Of a DNA stretch of 64,000 bases, positions 19,105 to 29,177 are shown piece by piece; the first letter of the stretch is position 1; every line of letters starts with the position of its first letter. Source of the DNA: Eubacteriales bacterium (lineage in GTDB: Bacteria > Bacillota > Clostridia > Oscillospirales > CAG-272); assembly GCA_045651165.1 (NCBI GenBank), contig JAZRRX010000039.1, forward strand, positions 187,866 to 251,865, written 5' to 3'. The position numbers and the translations under genes are program-made. Under the pieces are notes generated by a model. It ran no database searches. It was not told the origin of the DNA and saw only the letters and a list, made by a program, of their open reading frames with translations.

Positions 19105-21342
19105 TTATCTCCAAAGAGCATCTATCTCATCAATTGCCTCTTTTACAAACTTTGGAAATTGATTTTTAAATGCTTTTCCCTTCCACTTATTTGATTTTTG
19201 AACGCGAGTTAGGATAACATTTTTCAATTCCTCTGCGCTCTCATTTTTCTTGTGTATAGGAGATTCTATTTCTATCGTAATAGGTTTATTAGAAAGAGTA
19301 ACTCTTATATCTTCAATTTCCAAATCACGGAATTTAATGTAAAGTTCTCTTTCTTTAGGCATAAATTCAAATGATTTTTCGGGTGGTGTGATAGTCAATT
19401 TCACGGTGTTTTCACACTCTTCAAGAACAAATTTTGTAAATGAACATTCTCCTCTTTGACATGCTTTTGTTTCACCGTCATCTTCATATAATTCGTACTC
19501 ACCATTTCCACGCCAAATATGAATTTCAAGTGGTTGGTCAAGTGAAAGATTGTTAGTTTTATCATCCTTATACATTGGTATGATAGCACCTTCAGGCGCA
19601 AGCACGGGTATTGAATCAAGATCGCGATACATCTTCACCCATTTCCCACCCTGATATATTCTTCCATTGAAAATATCAGTCCATCTTCCCTCGGGAAGCC
19701 AAACGTCAACGCTTGAAAGATTGAGACGCTTATCTTGTGGCTTAGTTATCGGACAGACAAGCAACTGCCCGCCGAAAATATATTGATTTTTCGTCTTATA
19801 AGCATCAGGAGCATCATTATATTTGTAATACATGGGCATACAAATCGGCTCGCCTAGTGTATGCGTGCGATAATTGGCAGTATAGAGATATGGAATTAAC
19901 TTGTGGCGCAAACGGAGAAAATCTTCAGAGATTTTATTTACCGCATAACTTCTCTTCCACGGCTCTTTGCCCATATAATCGGAGTTTGAGGAATGCAATC
20001 TATTTATTGGGCTAAAAACCCCATATTGCAACCAACGAAGGTATAATTCGTCATCTTGAACACCCTTCATATGACCACCAATATCGTGACTCCACCAAGT
20101 ATAACCTGCATTTGCAGCACAGTTTGTAAAGTAGGGTTGGAAATCAAGGCTTTTCCAAGTAACTATTGTATCTCCAGAAAATCCAAGTGGGTATCTATGG
20201 CTTCCAAGACCTGCATAACGAGAAAGTATAAGCGGGCGTTTTTCACCCCTATCGGCATTCTCGGTATGATAATGATTAAGTGCCCAAAGGGGATCAAGTC
20301 CCTTGATGTTTGAACGTTTTCCTTGTTGCCAATCTATCCACCAAAAATCAACTCCATCATTCTCCAATGGGTTGTGCAACACTTCAAAATAAGCGCGCAT
20401 AAACTCGGGATCGGTTACGTCAAATGAGATAATTTCCTTATCTTCGGGATTTTTGCCAAGTTTCTTACACATTTCGGCATAGGTATCCTCAAAAAAACGC
20501 ACTCCTTGCGATGGATGAACATTCAATGTGATTTTAAATCCGTTATCGTGAAGCCAATTCAAAAGTTCTTTATAGTCGGGGAAAAGCTCGGTATTCCAAG
20601 AATATCCCGTCCAGCCTTGAAGGAAATGATAATAAATAACCTCTTCGGCGCATTTGGGCTTTTCACTTCTTGCTTCCTCACCAAAACGATTTATTACATC
20701 TGTCCAGTGCCAATCCATATCAATTGTAGCAACTGTAATCGGAATTTCACGTTCAATAAACTCTTTCATAAGAGCGCGATATTCCTCTTGAGTATATGCC
20801 TTATATCTGCTCCACCAGTTCCCGAGCGCGTACTTGGGAACAAGAGGAACTTTGCCTGTTAAAGCAAAGAAATCTTTAAGCTGTCCAAGATAATCTTCAC
20901 CATATGCAAACCAATATCTATCCGAGCATTTTTCACGAGGAGAAATACTTCCATCTGGATTGATTACAAGTGATTTACTGTCGTCAATTACAGCCGTTCC
21001 ATAACGAGATATTATGCCTTTTTCAAGTTTGACAGAACCATTCGCCATATCAAGCGTTCTTGCAGTGCCAGGGAGCATATTTTTACCAATTTTTTTGGTA
21101 TATTGATGAGATGAAAAATGAGCGTAAGTTACACTTCCATCCCTAACACGCACACTAAACACAGCGTCCTCTGTCTGCACATTTATGCGATTTTTATCAC
21201 GCGTCAAAGTATATTTTGGAGTATCAAAATCTCTATTTTGCACAGTTTGTGTGGGCAAATCACAGAATTTTCCCTTTTCCGTTCGCAACAGTCGAGAAGT
21301 CAATAATGATATTCGAAGATTTTTTTCTTGGTAAATAATCAT
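19105..21342 (-). CDS. Glycoside hydrolase family 31 (alpha-xylosidase/alpha-glucosidase type)
   Basis: GH31 blocks ATIDMDWHW, DFWWIDWQQG, SRYAGLGSHRYPLGFSGD and WWSHDIGGH are present. I prefer the second ATG (MIIYQ) because GGAGGA lies 7 nt upstream. The ORF-track start at 21357 has no RBS. Confidence 0.85.
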   Translation of the reverse strand: MIIYQEKNLRISLLTSRLLRTEKGKFCDLPTQTVQNRDFDTPKYTLTRDKNRINVQTEDAVFSVRVRDGSVTYAHFSSHQYTKKIGKNMLPGTARTLDMANGSVKLEKGIISRYGTAVIDDSKSLVINPDGSISPREKCSDRYWFAYGEDYLGQLKDFFALTGKVPLVPKYALGNWWSRYKAYTQEEYRALMKEFIEREIPITVATIDMDWHWTDVINRFGEEARSEKPKCAEEVIYYHFLQGWTGYSWNTELFPDYKELLNWLHDNGFKITLNVHPSQGVRFFEDTYAEMCKKLGKNPEDKEIISFDVTDPEFMRAYFEVLHNPLENDGVDFWWIDWQQGKRSNIKGLDPLWALNHYHTENADRGEKRPLILSRYAGLGSHRYPLGFSGDTIVTWKSLDFQPYFTNCAANAGYTWWSHDIGGHMKGVQDDELYLRWLQYGVFSPINRLHSSNSDYMGKEPWKRSYAVNKISEDFLRLRHKLIPYLYTANYRTHTLGEPICMPMYYKYNDAPDAYKTKNQYIFGGQLLVCPITKPQDKRLNLSSVDVWLPEGRWTDIFNGRIYQGGKWVKMYRDLDSIPVLAPEGAIIPMYKDDKTNNLSLDQPLEIHIWRGNGEYELYEDDGETKACQRGECSFTKFVLEECENTVKLTITPPEKSFEFMPKERELYIKFRDLEIEDIRVTLSNKPITIEIESPIHKKNESAEELKNVILTRVQKSNKWKGKAFKNQFPKFVKEAIDEIDALWR

Positions 21343-21477
21343 ATTTTTATCCTCCATAATTTTATATCTTATTATAACATTGAGCGGCGCGATAAGTCAA
21401 GGAATTTTATCAATTATCTATTGATTTTGTAGTTTTATGATGTTATAATTACTTATACCACTTTTGGAGGTAGTATT

Positions 21478-23856
21478 ATGAGCAGAATTTATCTAAACAA
21501 CGATTGGCTTTTTGCTGAAGAATTTAAAGATGAATATATATCTGGTAGCATTGACGACACTATGAAATCAGTGAGAATTCCTCACACAACAAAAGAACTT
21601 CCTTTTAATTATTTTAGTGAGGAAGAATATCAGATGCTCTCCACTTATCGCAAAGTGATATTTGCACCTGCTGAGTGGAGCCAAAAGCGAATTCTTATCA
21701 CTTTCGAAGGTGCGGCTCATTATGCTGAGGTTTTTCTTAACGGAGAGAAGATTGGTGAGCATTATTCTGGTTATACAGCTTTCACTATTGAATTGACAGG
21801 CAAATTGAAGCTTAGCGAAGATAATATTCTTGTTGTGAAGCTCGATTCAAGAGAAAATTTGAATATTCCTCCTTTCGGCAATGTAATTGATTATATGACC
21901 TATGGTGGAATTTATCGAGATGTTTATCTTGATATCAAGGAAAAAATCTATATTTCAGATGTTTTTGTAAAGCCCGAATTCACAGGCAAAATAGTCAGCG
22001 AGATAACGCTTAATGGAAGCATTCCATGTAATGCAAGTATAAAGCAAACTGCTACTTTTATAAGTTCTTCAAATGAAGAAAGTATTCTTGTTTCGGAATT
22101 TGAAGCAAGCAAAAATACATTCTCAATTCACGGATTTATTGATAATGTTAAGCTTTGGGATATTGAGCATCCCCATCGATACCTTGTTCGCACGGAATTG
22201 ATTGCAAATGGTGAGGTTATTGATTCTCACGAGGTAAAAGTTGGATTTAGAAGTGCTGAATTTACAAACGATGGCTTTTTCCTAAATGGAAGACGTGTGC
22301 AAATTCGTGGACTTAATCGACATCAAAGCTATGCATATGTTGGATATGCTATGCCAGAATCCATGCAACGAAATGATGCTATTGTTTTAAAGGAGCTAGG
22401 TGTAAATGCAGTTAGAACATCTCACTATCCTCAATCCCACTATTTTATTGACGAGTGTGACAACTTGGGTTTGCTTGTGTTTACTGAAATCCCCGGTTGG
22501 CAACATATTGGAGATGAAAATTGGAAAAACCAAGCGATAAAGAACGTTGAAGAAATGGTACTTCAATATAGAAATCATCCATCAATAGTTATTTGGGGTG
22601 TTCGTATCAATGAATCGCGTGATGACCACAATTTTTATATTAGCACAAATGAGATGGCTCATCGTCTTGATCCCACAAGACAGACAGGCGGAGTTAGAAA
22701 CTTTGCTAAAAGCGAACTTTTAGAGGATGTTTATACCTACAACGACTTTTTACACGATGGTAAAAAAGCAGGTTGCTCCAATAAAAAATCCATTACTTCT
22801 AATGTAAAAAAACCATACTTGATTACTGAAAATAATGGTCATATGTTCCCTACCAAAAGCTTTGACTGTGAGGAACACCGACTTGAACATGCTCTTCGAC
22901 ATGCAAGAGTCATTAATGATGTGGCTTCTCACCCTGATATTTGTGGAAGCTTTTCTTGGTGCTTGGCGGACTACAACACTCACAAAGATTTTGGAAGTGG
23001 TGACCGTATATGCTATCATGGTGTTACCGATATGTTCCGCAATCCCAAGTTGGCAAGTGCAGTATATAAATCTCAAGGGACTAATAATCCCATACTTGAG
23101 ATAAGTTCCTCCATGGATATTGGTGAACACCCTGCCTCAATCAAGGGAAACGTTTGGATATTTACCAATGCAGATAGCGTTAAAATGTATAAGAACGACA
23201 GATTTATAAAAGAGTACGTTCCACATAATGATCATTTTCCTCATATGGTAAATAGTCCGATTTTGATTGACGATTATATTGGAAATCTTCTTGAAACCGA
23301 AGAAAAAATGTCCCCTAAAAAAGCAAAATATGTAGCTAAAGCACTCAACTATATTGGACTTAACGGATATACTACTATTACTCCTAAGCTCGCACTTATG
23401 GCGGCAAAATGTATGCTATTTTACCGAATGAGTATAAATCAAATTGTTGACCTTTACACAAAATACGTCGGTGACTGGGGTGGAACTAGTACAGTTTATA
23501 GATTTGATGCTATCAAAAATGGCAAAGTAATCAAGAGTGTAACAAAAACTCCAATGACAAAAATGTATCTTGAAATTGATATGCCTAACACTGTTTTGTG
23601 TGAAAAAACATCTTATGATGTTGGAGTTCTCAAAATTTTAGCGCGTGATGAAAACGGCAATCTTCTTCCCTATTGCAATGAGGCACTTAAAATAAACATT
23701 GATGGACCTCTTGAGGTGATTGGCTCAGACCTAGTTGCGCTTCGTGGTGGAATGGGTGGCTTTTATGTAAAAACTGTTGGTAAAACAGGTATTGCTAAAA
23801 TAACTATTTCATGTTCACAATGTGAAAATATTGAATTTGAGATTACAATCAAATAA
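21478..23856 (+). CDS. Glycoside hydrolase family 2 (beta-galactosidase/beta-glucuronidase-like)
   Basis: GVNAVRTSHYPQSHYFIDECDNLGLLVFTEIPGW and HPSIVIWGVRINES (acid/base NE) are present. RBS GGAGG precedes the start. A terminator lies at 23859-23884. Confidence 0.85.
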   Translation: MSRIYLNNDWLFAEEFKDEYISGSIDDTMKSVRIPHTTKELPFNYFSEEEYQMLSTYRKVIFAPAEWSQKRILITFEGAAHYAEVFLNGEKIGEHYSGYTAFTIELTGKLKLSEDNILVVKLDSRENLNIPPFGNVIDYMTYGGIYRDVYLDIKEKIYISDVFVKPEFTGKIVSEITLNGSIPCNASIKQTATFISSSNEESILVSEFEASKNTFSIHGFIDNVKLWDIEHPHRYLVRTELIANGEVIDSHEVKVGFRSAEFTNDGFFLNGRRVQIRGLNRHQSYAYVGYAMPESMQRNDAIVLKELGVNAVRTSHYPQSHYFIDECDNLGLLVFTEIPGWQHIGDENWKNQAIKNVEEMVLQYRNHPSIVIWGVRINESRDDHNFYISTNEMAHRLDPTRQTGGVRNFAKSELLEDVYTYNDFLHDGKKAGCSNKKSITSNVKKPYLITENNGHMFPTKSFDCEEHRLEHALRHARVINDVASHPDICGSFSWCLADYNTHKDFGSGDRICYHGVTDMFRNPKLASAVYKSQGTNNPILEISSSMDIGEHPASIKGNVWIFTNADSVKMYKNDRFIKEYVPHNDHFPHMVNSPILIDDYIGNLLETEEKMSPKKAKYVAKALNYIGLNGYTTITPKLALMAAKCMLFYRMSINQIVDLYTKYVGDWGGTSTVYRFDAIKNGKVIKSVTKTPMTKMYLEIDMPNTVLCEKTSYDVGVLKILARDENGNLLPYCNEALKINIDGPLEVIGSDLVALRGGMGGFYVKTVGKTGIAKITISCSQCENIEFEITIK

Positions 23857-23881
23857 AAATGCTCCCGCTTGGGAGCATTTT

Positions 23882-24439
23882 TTATTTTATTCTCTTTCCT
23901 TCCGAAAATGCCTTTCCTGCAGCATCTCCCAAACGCCAATATGTGTGAGTTGAGCTATCGTATGTTATGGGATCGAGCTTATGTACGTCGATTTGTCCCT
24001 TTTCGTTGAGGATTTCTTCATTTGCGCTAACATTTACTATTTCACCAATACAAATTTCGTCTTCGTTAAACTTAAGAAGACGGCATTCAACTGTCATTGG
24101 AAGCTCAGCAATGATTGGAGCGTTGACAAATTCACTCTTCGTTGCATGAAAGCCCGCCTTTGCAAATTTATCTGGAACGTCATTTGCAGAAACAATACCC
24201 ACATAATCGCATTCAACAACTGTTTGCGCAGTTGCAAAACTTATAGTAAATGCACCGGTTTTCTTAATATTTTCAGTTGTTTTATGCTCGTGAGCAAGAC
24301 AAACCATAACCTGATTTGTATCATATATTCCTCCCCAAGCAGCATTCATAGCATTGGCCTCTCCGTTTTCATCATAAGTACCCACAATAAGCACGGGCAT
24401 AGGATAGAGCCATGATTTAGGTCCAAAATTCTTTCTCAT
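23882..24439 (-). CDS. Flavin reductase-like (flavoredoxin) family protein
   Basis: WLYPMPVLIVGTYDENGEANAMNAAWGG is present. The start is moved to MRKNF because GGAGGT lies 7 nt upstream. Confidence 0.75.
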   Translation of the reverse strand: MRKNFGPKSWLYPMPVLIVGTYDENGEANAMNAAWGGIYDTNQVMVCLAHEHKTTENIKKTGAFTISFATAQTVVECDYVGIVSANDVPDKFAKAGFHATKSEFVNAPIIAELPMTVECRLLKFNEDEICIGEIVNVSANEEILNEKGQIDVHKLDPITYDSSTHTYWRLGDAAGKAFSEGKRIK

Positions 24440-24558
24440 TTTATGTACCTCCAAGATTTATTGAAATAATTATACCACCTTGAAAATAAAATTGCAATAC
24501 TAATTGAAATTATAGCAAATTTGTGATATAATTTGTGAAAAGAAGGTGAATTTTTTCA

Positions 24559-24936
24559 ATGAACAGACAAGATTTTTCATCATTTATTGATGATTTTTAT
24601 GGAATAAAATATGATTGCCCTTTCGAAGACGAGCTTGACGCGTGGGCATTTCGTCATCCTGATAACAAAAAATGGTTTGCACTTGTTATGAGAATAAAAA
24701 AGTGTAAATTAGACATCGATAGTAATGAATTTATAGACGTAGTCAATCTTAAATGTGCTCCCGAAATAATGGACGACCTTTGGCACGAGCATGGAGTTTT
24801 CCCAGCCTATCACATGAGCAAAAAGCACTGGTTAACTCTTTGTCTTGACGGTTCTTGTGATGATGAAACAATTAAGTTTGTTACAAATATTAGTTACACA
24901 TTAACAAAAAAGAAACTAAAAAAACAACGGTCTTGA
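24559..24936 (+). CDS. MmcQ/YjbR-family protein
   Basis: 125 aa with AFRHPDNKKWFALVM ... KKHWLTLCLDG, characteristic of the YjbR fold family. The terminator hairpin at 24925-24958 overlaps the stop. Confidence 0.65.
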   Translation: MNRQDFSSFIDDFYGIKYDCPFEDELDAWAFRHPDNKKWFALVMRIKKCKLDIDSNEFIDVVNLKCAPEIMDDLWHEHGVFPAYHMSKKHWLTLCLDGSCDDETIKFVTNISYTLTKKKLKKQRS

Positions 24937-24959
24937 AAATTTAGACCGTTGTTTTTTGT

Positions 24960-25511
24960 TTATTTTAGCATACCATATCCGCCCGCATATTTACTAACTT
25001 CGCTTACGGCAACGAATACCTTATTATCGCAAATTTGTCGTATATCCTTTAATACTTTGGGAGCTTCTTTGCGAGCAAGAACTATAAAAATCATATTCAT
25101 TTTATCCTTCGAACCATAACCCTCAAGCACTGTATAGCCCATATTTTTCTCTTTGAGATAAGTAGTTATAAGTTCTGTACTTGCGTCATTTGCAATCAAT
25201 TCAAGATTGCTTGTCCCAATTGCAATTTTGCTTTCAATGGTGGAGCCCAAGAAAAGTCCAACAGCATAGCCAAAACAATAAAATACAAGTAACAAATAAT
25301 CATCGCCGAGTGTAGTTACAAGGGTAGATATTACAAGCCCCCAAATCATACATTCAACAAAGCCGAGCATTGCCGCCTTCATTCTCTGTCCCTTCACCAT
25401 CATACAGGTTTTAAGGGATTGTATGCTAATCTCAACTATTTTAGCACCACAAACCATAAGGCAAACCAAAATGGGATGTATATTTCTTAAAGTATCTAAA
25501 AATGCTGACAT
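24960..25511 (-). CDS. UPF0316/DUF2179-family membrane protein
   Basis: N-terminal TM segments plus a C-terminal DUF2179-like domain (GYTVLEGYGSKDKMNMIFIVLARKE). The start is set at MSAFL, with GGAGGGG 6 nt upstream. Confidence 0.65.
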   Translation of the reverse strand: MSAFLDTLRNIHPILVCLMVCGAKIVEISIQSLKTCMMVKGQRMKAAMLGFVECMIWGLVISTLVTTLGDDYLLLVFYCFGYAVGLFLGSTIESKIAIGTSNLELIANDASTELITTYLKEKNMGYTVLEGYGSKDKMNMIFIVLARKEAPKVLKDIRQICDNKVFVAVSEVSKYAGGYGMLK

Positions 25512-25527
25512 ATCTTTCCCCTCCGTT

Positions 25528-26493
25528 TTAATTATCAAGATGCTCAAAAATTTTGTTCCAAACCAACTCGTCTTGCTTGGTCATTCTATCCCAATCAAAA
25601 GATGAGATAAAAGCTTTTTTCTGCTCGTCAGTAAGAGGTTTGTTCTGCTTTAACAGCTTTGTTCTTGCCGCAACAAACTCGCCAAGATGAGCAACAGCAT
25701 CAACTGTATAGTTTGGATTGTGTCCTTTTGAATGTTCAAGAATAAAGGTTATATTTTCTCTACCCTCAAGCGCATTTTTTAATGCGTCATAGTGAACGGT
25801 CTTGCTACAAAGTTTATCGTTATCTGAATAGATAAGCAATGCCTTTGTGTTGGATTTTTTTAGTGTTTCGATGGCATTATATTTGATGAATTCAGGATTG
25901 CTTGATTTTTCAAGCTCCATAATCGGCTTGCGATATGGTTTGAGAATACCACCAAAATAGGCACTAACAAGCATTTCAACTGAAACAAAGCCCGAAAACA
26001 CAACAATGTGTGAAATATCAGGATGTAGTGCGCTTATATTCAGCGTTGAAAAACCGCCCCAACTGTGTCCTATGACGGAAAAATCATAATTTTCAAAGCG
26101 CTTGTCAGCTTTAAGAGTAGTAACACAATCATTCAAATCGCACAAGGATTGAGCCATTCCGTTCGGTGTTTCACCACCCGATTCCATACACCCAGTGTGG
26201 TCATATGCGAACACAAGATATCCGTGACGACAAAGAAGTTCAATTTCTTTCATATATGCTGTATGTCCTGATCCAAAGCCGTGGTCAAAAACAACAATTC
26301 TATTTTTAATAGGATTTTCGTAGGAATAAATATATCCCGAGAGATTGTGTCCCTTTGATGAAGTGAATGGGTATGCTTCACACTTAAGTCCTTCAAAATC
26401 CTTTGCGGTAAAATAGAATGCAGTACCGTTATCATCGCAACGAGTATATGCCATTCCCTTATATATATTTACAATTTGCTTTTCGAAAATCAT
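25528..26493 (-). CDS. Alpha/beta-fold hydrolase (serine esterase/peptidase-like)
   Basis: Nucleophile elbow GHSWGG and an upstream DHGFGSGH block are present. The start is set at MIFEKQ, with GGAGG upstream. Confidence 0.7.
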   Translation of the reverse strand: MIFEKQIVNIYKGMAYTRCDDNGTAFYFTAKDFEGLKCEAYPFTSSKGHNLSGYIYSYENPIKNRIVVFDHGFGSGHTAYMKEIELLCRHGYLVFAYDHTGCMESGGETPNGMAQSLCDLNDCVTTLKADKRFENYDFSVIGHSWGGFSTLNISALHPDISHIVVFSGFVSVEMLVSAYFGGILKPYRKPIMELEKSSNPEFIKYNAIETLKKSNTKALLIYSDNDKLCSKTVHYDALKNALEGRENITFILEHSKGHNPNYTVDAVAHLGEFVAARTKLLKQNKPLTDEQKKAFISSFDWDRMTKQDELVWNKIFEHLDN

Positions 26494-26687
26494 AAAGCCT
26501 CCAAATATAGCAGATTTCTTTGAAATATTATAACACAAAAGTATTCAATTTGCAATATATATTGTTTCAATTTGGTATTTTATCGGTAAAATGCACAAAT
26601 TTTGACTTTTTTCGAAAAAGATCTTTTATTATTAAAATTATTATGCTATAATTAGATTGAAAAAATATGCGTATATGGAGGTATACT

Positions 26688-28544
26688 ATGAAAACGCATC
26701 TTAAATTACTGGCATTATTCTTAATGCTTATTATGCTTGTGCAGTCAACTGTCATTAGCACATTTGCTCTTGTACATATTGATGTTAATGACACAAGTGT
26801 TATTCTTAATGCGACGGGTACAGGTTATACAAAAACCGAAGACGTCAAGTATAATAAGAGTGGAAATTATGTTTACAACTGGGGTGTAAGAGAAGAAGAA
26901 GCTACTTTCCTTTCTCCCATGGCTGTAGCATTCTATACAGGCAATTATGTTTATGACGTAGTTTCTGAACTTTCAGGTGCTACAACTGAAAAGAACGTAC
27001 CAAGTAGTTCTATATATAAAACTCTTCATAACTTAATGGAAGGAAGACAAACATCTCAAACAAGTTATGATGATACTCGCAATAAATTCCAATATACTGA
27101 CTGTCAGTTAAGTGGTAAATCCACAGAATATGGCAGTAAAATTTCATCTTTCTATTCGGGCAAATTAATAGGTCCTTCTTGGGACTCTGGAAAAACATGG
27201 AATAGAGAGCATTGCTGGCCAAACAGTAAGGGAAACAAATCCGGTAACGGTGAAAACGATATTATGATGCTTCGCCCCGCATCAGTTAGTGAAAACTCTT
27301 CAAGAGGAAACAAAGCCTATGGAAAAAGCAGTGGGTACTATAACCCCAATGATGAATCCGGTGGCAAGTATGACCTTCGTGGTGACGTAGCGAGAATTGT
27401 ACTTTATACATATGTTCGTTGGGAATGCACCTATACTTGGGATGGTTCCAAATATAATCGCGACGGAATTTTTGGTACAGATGGTGTAATGGAAAGTATT
27501 TCAGTACTTCTTGAATGGATTGAAGCTGATCCTGTTGATACTTGGGAATTGGGTAGAAACGACGCTGTTCAGTCAATTACAGGTACAAGAAACGTTTTCG
27601 TTGACTATCCCGAATACGCATTTATTCTCTTTGGTAAGGAAATCCCCTCCGATATGGTAACCCCCTCAGGCGAGGCACAGGCAAATGGTCACCATTGGAA
27701 TAGCGGTGAGATTACTGTACAAGCAACTTGCACAACAACCGGTGTTAAGACATATGAATGCAATGACAATGGTTGTAACGAAACAAAAACTGAAACTATT
27801 AAGGCACTTGGTCACAGCATGGGTGCTGCTACAGTAACAAAAGAAGCTGACTGCCTTAATAAAGGTGAAAAGGTAGCCTCTTGTACACGAAGCGGTTGTA
27901 CATACAAAACCACCACGACGATAAATGCTCTTGGACACTCTTGGGGTAATTGGATAATCGATAAAGAAGCTACTGAAACTGAATTGGGTGCAAAGCACCA
28001 CGTTTGCTCAAGATGTCAAACAGAAGAAACAGGAACAATTCCCCTCTTAGGACATGAGTGTACATATACAACTGTAGTAACTCTTCCTACATGTACTGAA
28101 CGTGGTTACACCACATATACTTGTACAGGTATTGGATGCGGAAATGTTGAAGTTAAAGATTACGTTGACATGATTCCCCACAATTACGAATACGGCGTTT
28201 GCACAGTATGTACTGCGCAGGACCCCCATGCTCCTACCTTTACAGCTGACGATTTGAGATCCATTGTTACAAGACTTGTTTCAGGTACATATTCAGGCAA
28301 AGAATATTACAATAAAATTTGTGAAGCCATTGCCATTTACAACTCTTTCTCTCCCGATAAAAAGGAAGAAGTAAGCGGTCTTTACAGAACACTTACAACA
28401 ATTATTGCTCAATATAACAATGAAGTAGCTTCTGTTAACGAGGATGCTGATGCACTTGGCTTTGCACTTCCCTCAACAACAGTTGTTTCTGCAGAAGTTC
28501 TTTGCTTTGCAGTTTACTCACTTCTCAACAAAAAATACATCTAA
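26688..28544 (+). CDS. Secreted endonuclease I-family nuclease with four C-terminal His/Cys-rich repeats and a C-terminal hydrophobic tail
   Basis: RBS GGAGG precedes the start and the signal peptide is MKTHLKLLALFLMLIMLVQSTVISTFA. Endonuclease I blocks NREHCWPNSKG and LRPASVSENSSRGNKAYG are present. The repeat region is 27687-28225. The tail reads LPSTTVVSAEVLCFAVYSLLNKKYI. Confidence 0.75.
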   Translation: MKTHLKLLALFLMLIMLVQSTVISTFALVHIDVNDTSVILNATGTGYTKTEDVKYNKSGNYVYNWGVREEEATFLSPMAVAFYTGNYVYDVVSELSGATTEKNVPSSSIYKTLHNLMEGRQTSQTSYDDTRNKFQYTDCQLSGKSTEYGSKISSFYSGKLIGPSWDSGKTWNREHCWPNSKGNKSGNGENDIMMLRPASVSENSSRGNKAYGKSSGYYNPNDESGGKYDLRGDVARIVLYTYVRWECTYTWDGSKYNRDGIFGTDGVMESISVLLEWIEADPVDTWELGRNDAVQSITGTRNVFVDYPEYAFILFGKEIPSDMVTPSGEAQANGHHWNSGEITVQATCTTTGVKTYECNDNGCNETKTETIKALGHSMGAATVTKEADCLNKGEKVASCTRSGCTYKTTTTINALGHSWGNWIIDKEATETELGAKHHVCSRCQTEETGTIPLLGHECTYTTVVTLPTCTERGYTTYTCTGIGCGNVEVKDYVDMIPHNYEYGVCTVCTAQDPHAPTFTADDLRSIVTRLVSGTYSGKEYYNKICEAIAIYNSFSPDKKEEVSGLYRTLTTIIAQYNNEVASVNEDADALGFALPSTTVVSAEVLCFAVYSLLNKKYI

Positions 28545-28557
28545 TTAGGAGGTCAAT

Positions 28558-29133
28558 ATGAAAAGAATTTTAATCGCATTATTTTTAGTATTATCTCTTA
28601 TCATCTGCCTCCCCTCTTGTGGAGAGAAAATTGAAGAAAATCCCGATTTTGCAAAATACAACGAAATGTTCAATAAGACCTTTGAAAACTACACTATCGA
28701 CGTTGCAGTAACAAGCTCAATAGGTCTTACTCGCACCGAAAAATATGTTGTTACAACTACTGAAGGTGTTCGTTCAGTTTCATACAAGATTGAAAAGCTT
28801 AACGAAATAGATACAAGTGGTGATACAATCGTTCTTCCCGAAGGCTACGTTTCTGTTACTGAGGGTGTTTATTCCGCTGAACAAAGTGCTTCTGAAGGAT
28901 TTAACGTTCCTAAATTCTATTTCTCATATAACTGTCTTGATACAAGTGAAATATCAACTTATAACTTATATTCAACAGGTGTTACATCTATTGAAAAGTT
29001 TATGGGACTTAACGTTTCAGCTACGAACGGCTCTGTAAAGCTCATATTTAATAAGGATGTTGTAACCGCTATTGCAGTTTCTTTTATAACAGAATCTGCT
29101 AATACAGTTGCTATCACATACACATTTAATTAA
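28558..29133 (+). CDS. Lipoprotein of unknown function, co-transcribed with the nuclease
   Basis: RBS AGGAGG precedes the start. Lipobox LPSCGE is present. The start is 14 nt after the nuclease stop. Confidence 0.7.
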   Translation: MKRILIALFLVLSLIICLPSCGEKIEENPDFAKYNEMFNKTFENYTIDVAVTSSIGLTRTEKYVVTTTEGVRSVSYKIEKLNEIDTSGDTIVLPEGYVSVTEGVYSAEQSASEGFNVPKFYFSYNCLDTSEISTYNLYSTGVTSIEKFMGLNVSATNGSVKLIFNKDVVTAIAVSFITESANTVAITYTFN

Positions 29134-29141
29134 ATTTAAAT

Positions 29142-29177
29142 AAAAAAAACAGGAGCGAATTCGCTCCTGTTTTTTTA
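29142..29177. terminator. Bidirectional terminator between convergent genes
   Basis: A-run, palindrome AGGAGCGAATTCGCTCCT, then a T-run. Confidence 0.8.

Noticed and set aside
28470-28544. LPSTT plus a hydrophobic segment plus KK, read as an LPXTG sortase signal.
   Set aside because: The fifth position is Thr rather than Gly. No sortase gene is in the window. The lyase tail with the same upstream module has no LPXT at all. I treat it as a possible TM anchor only.
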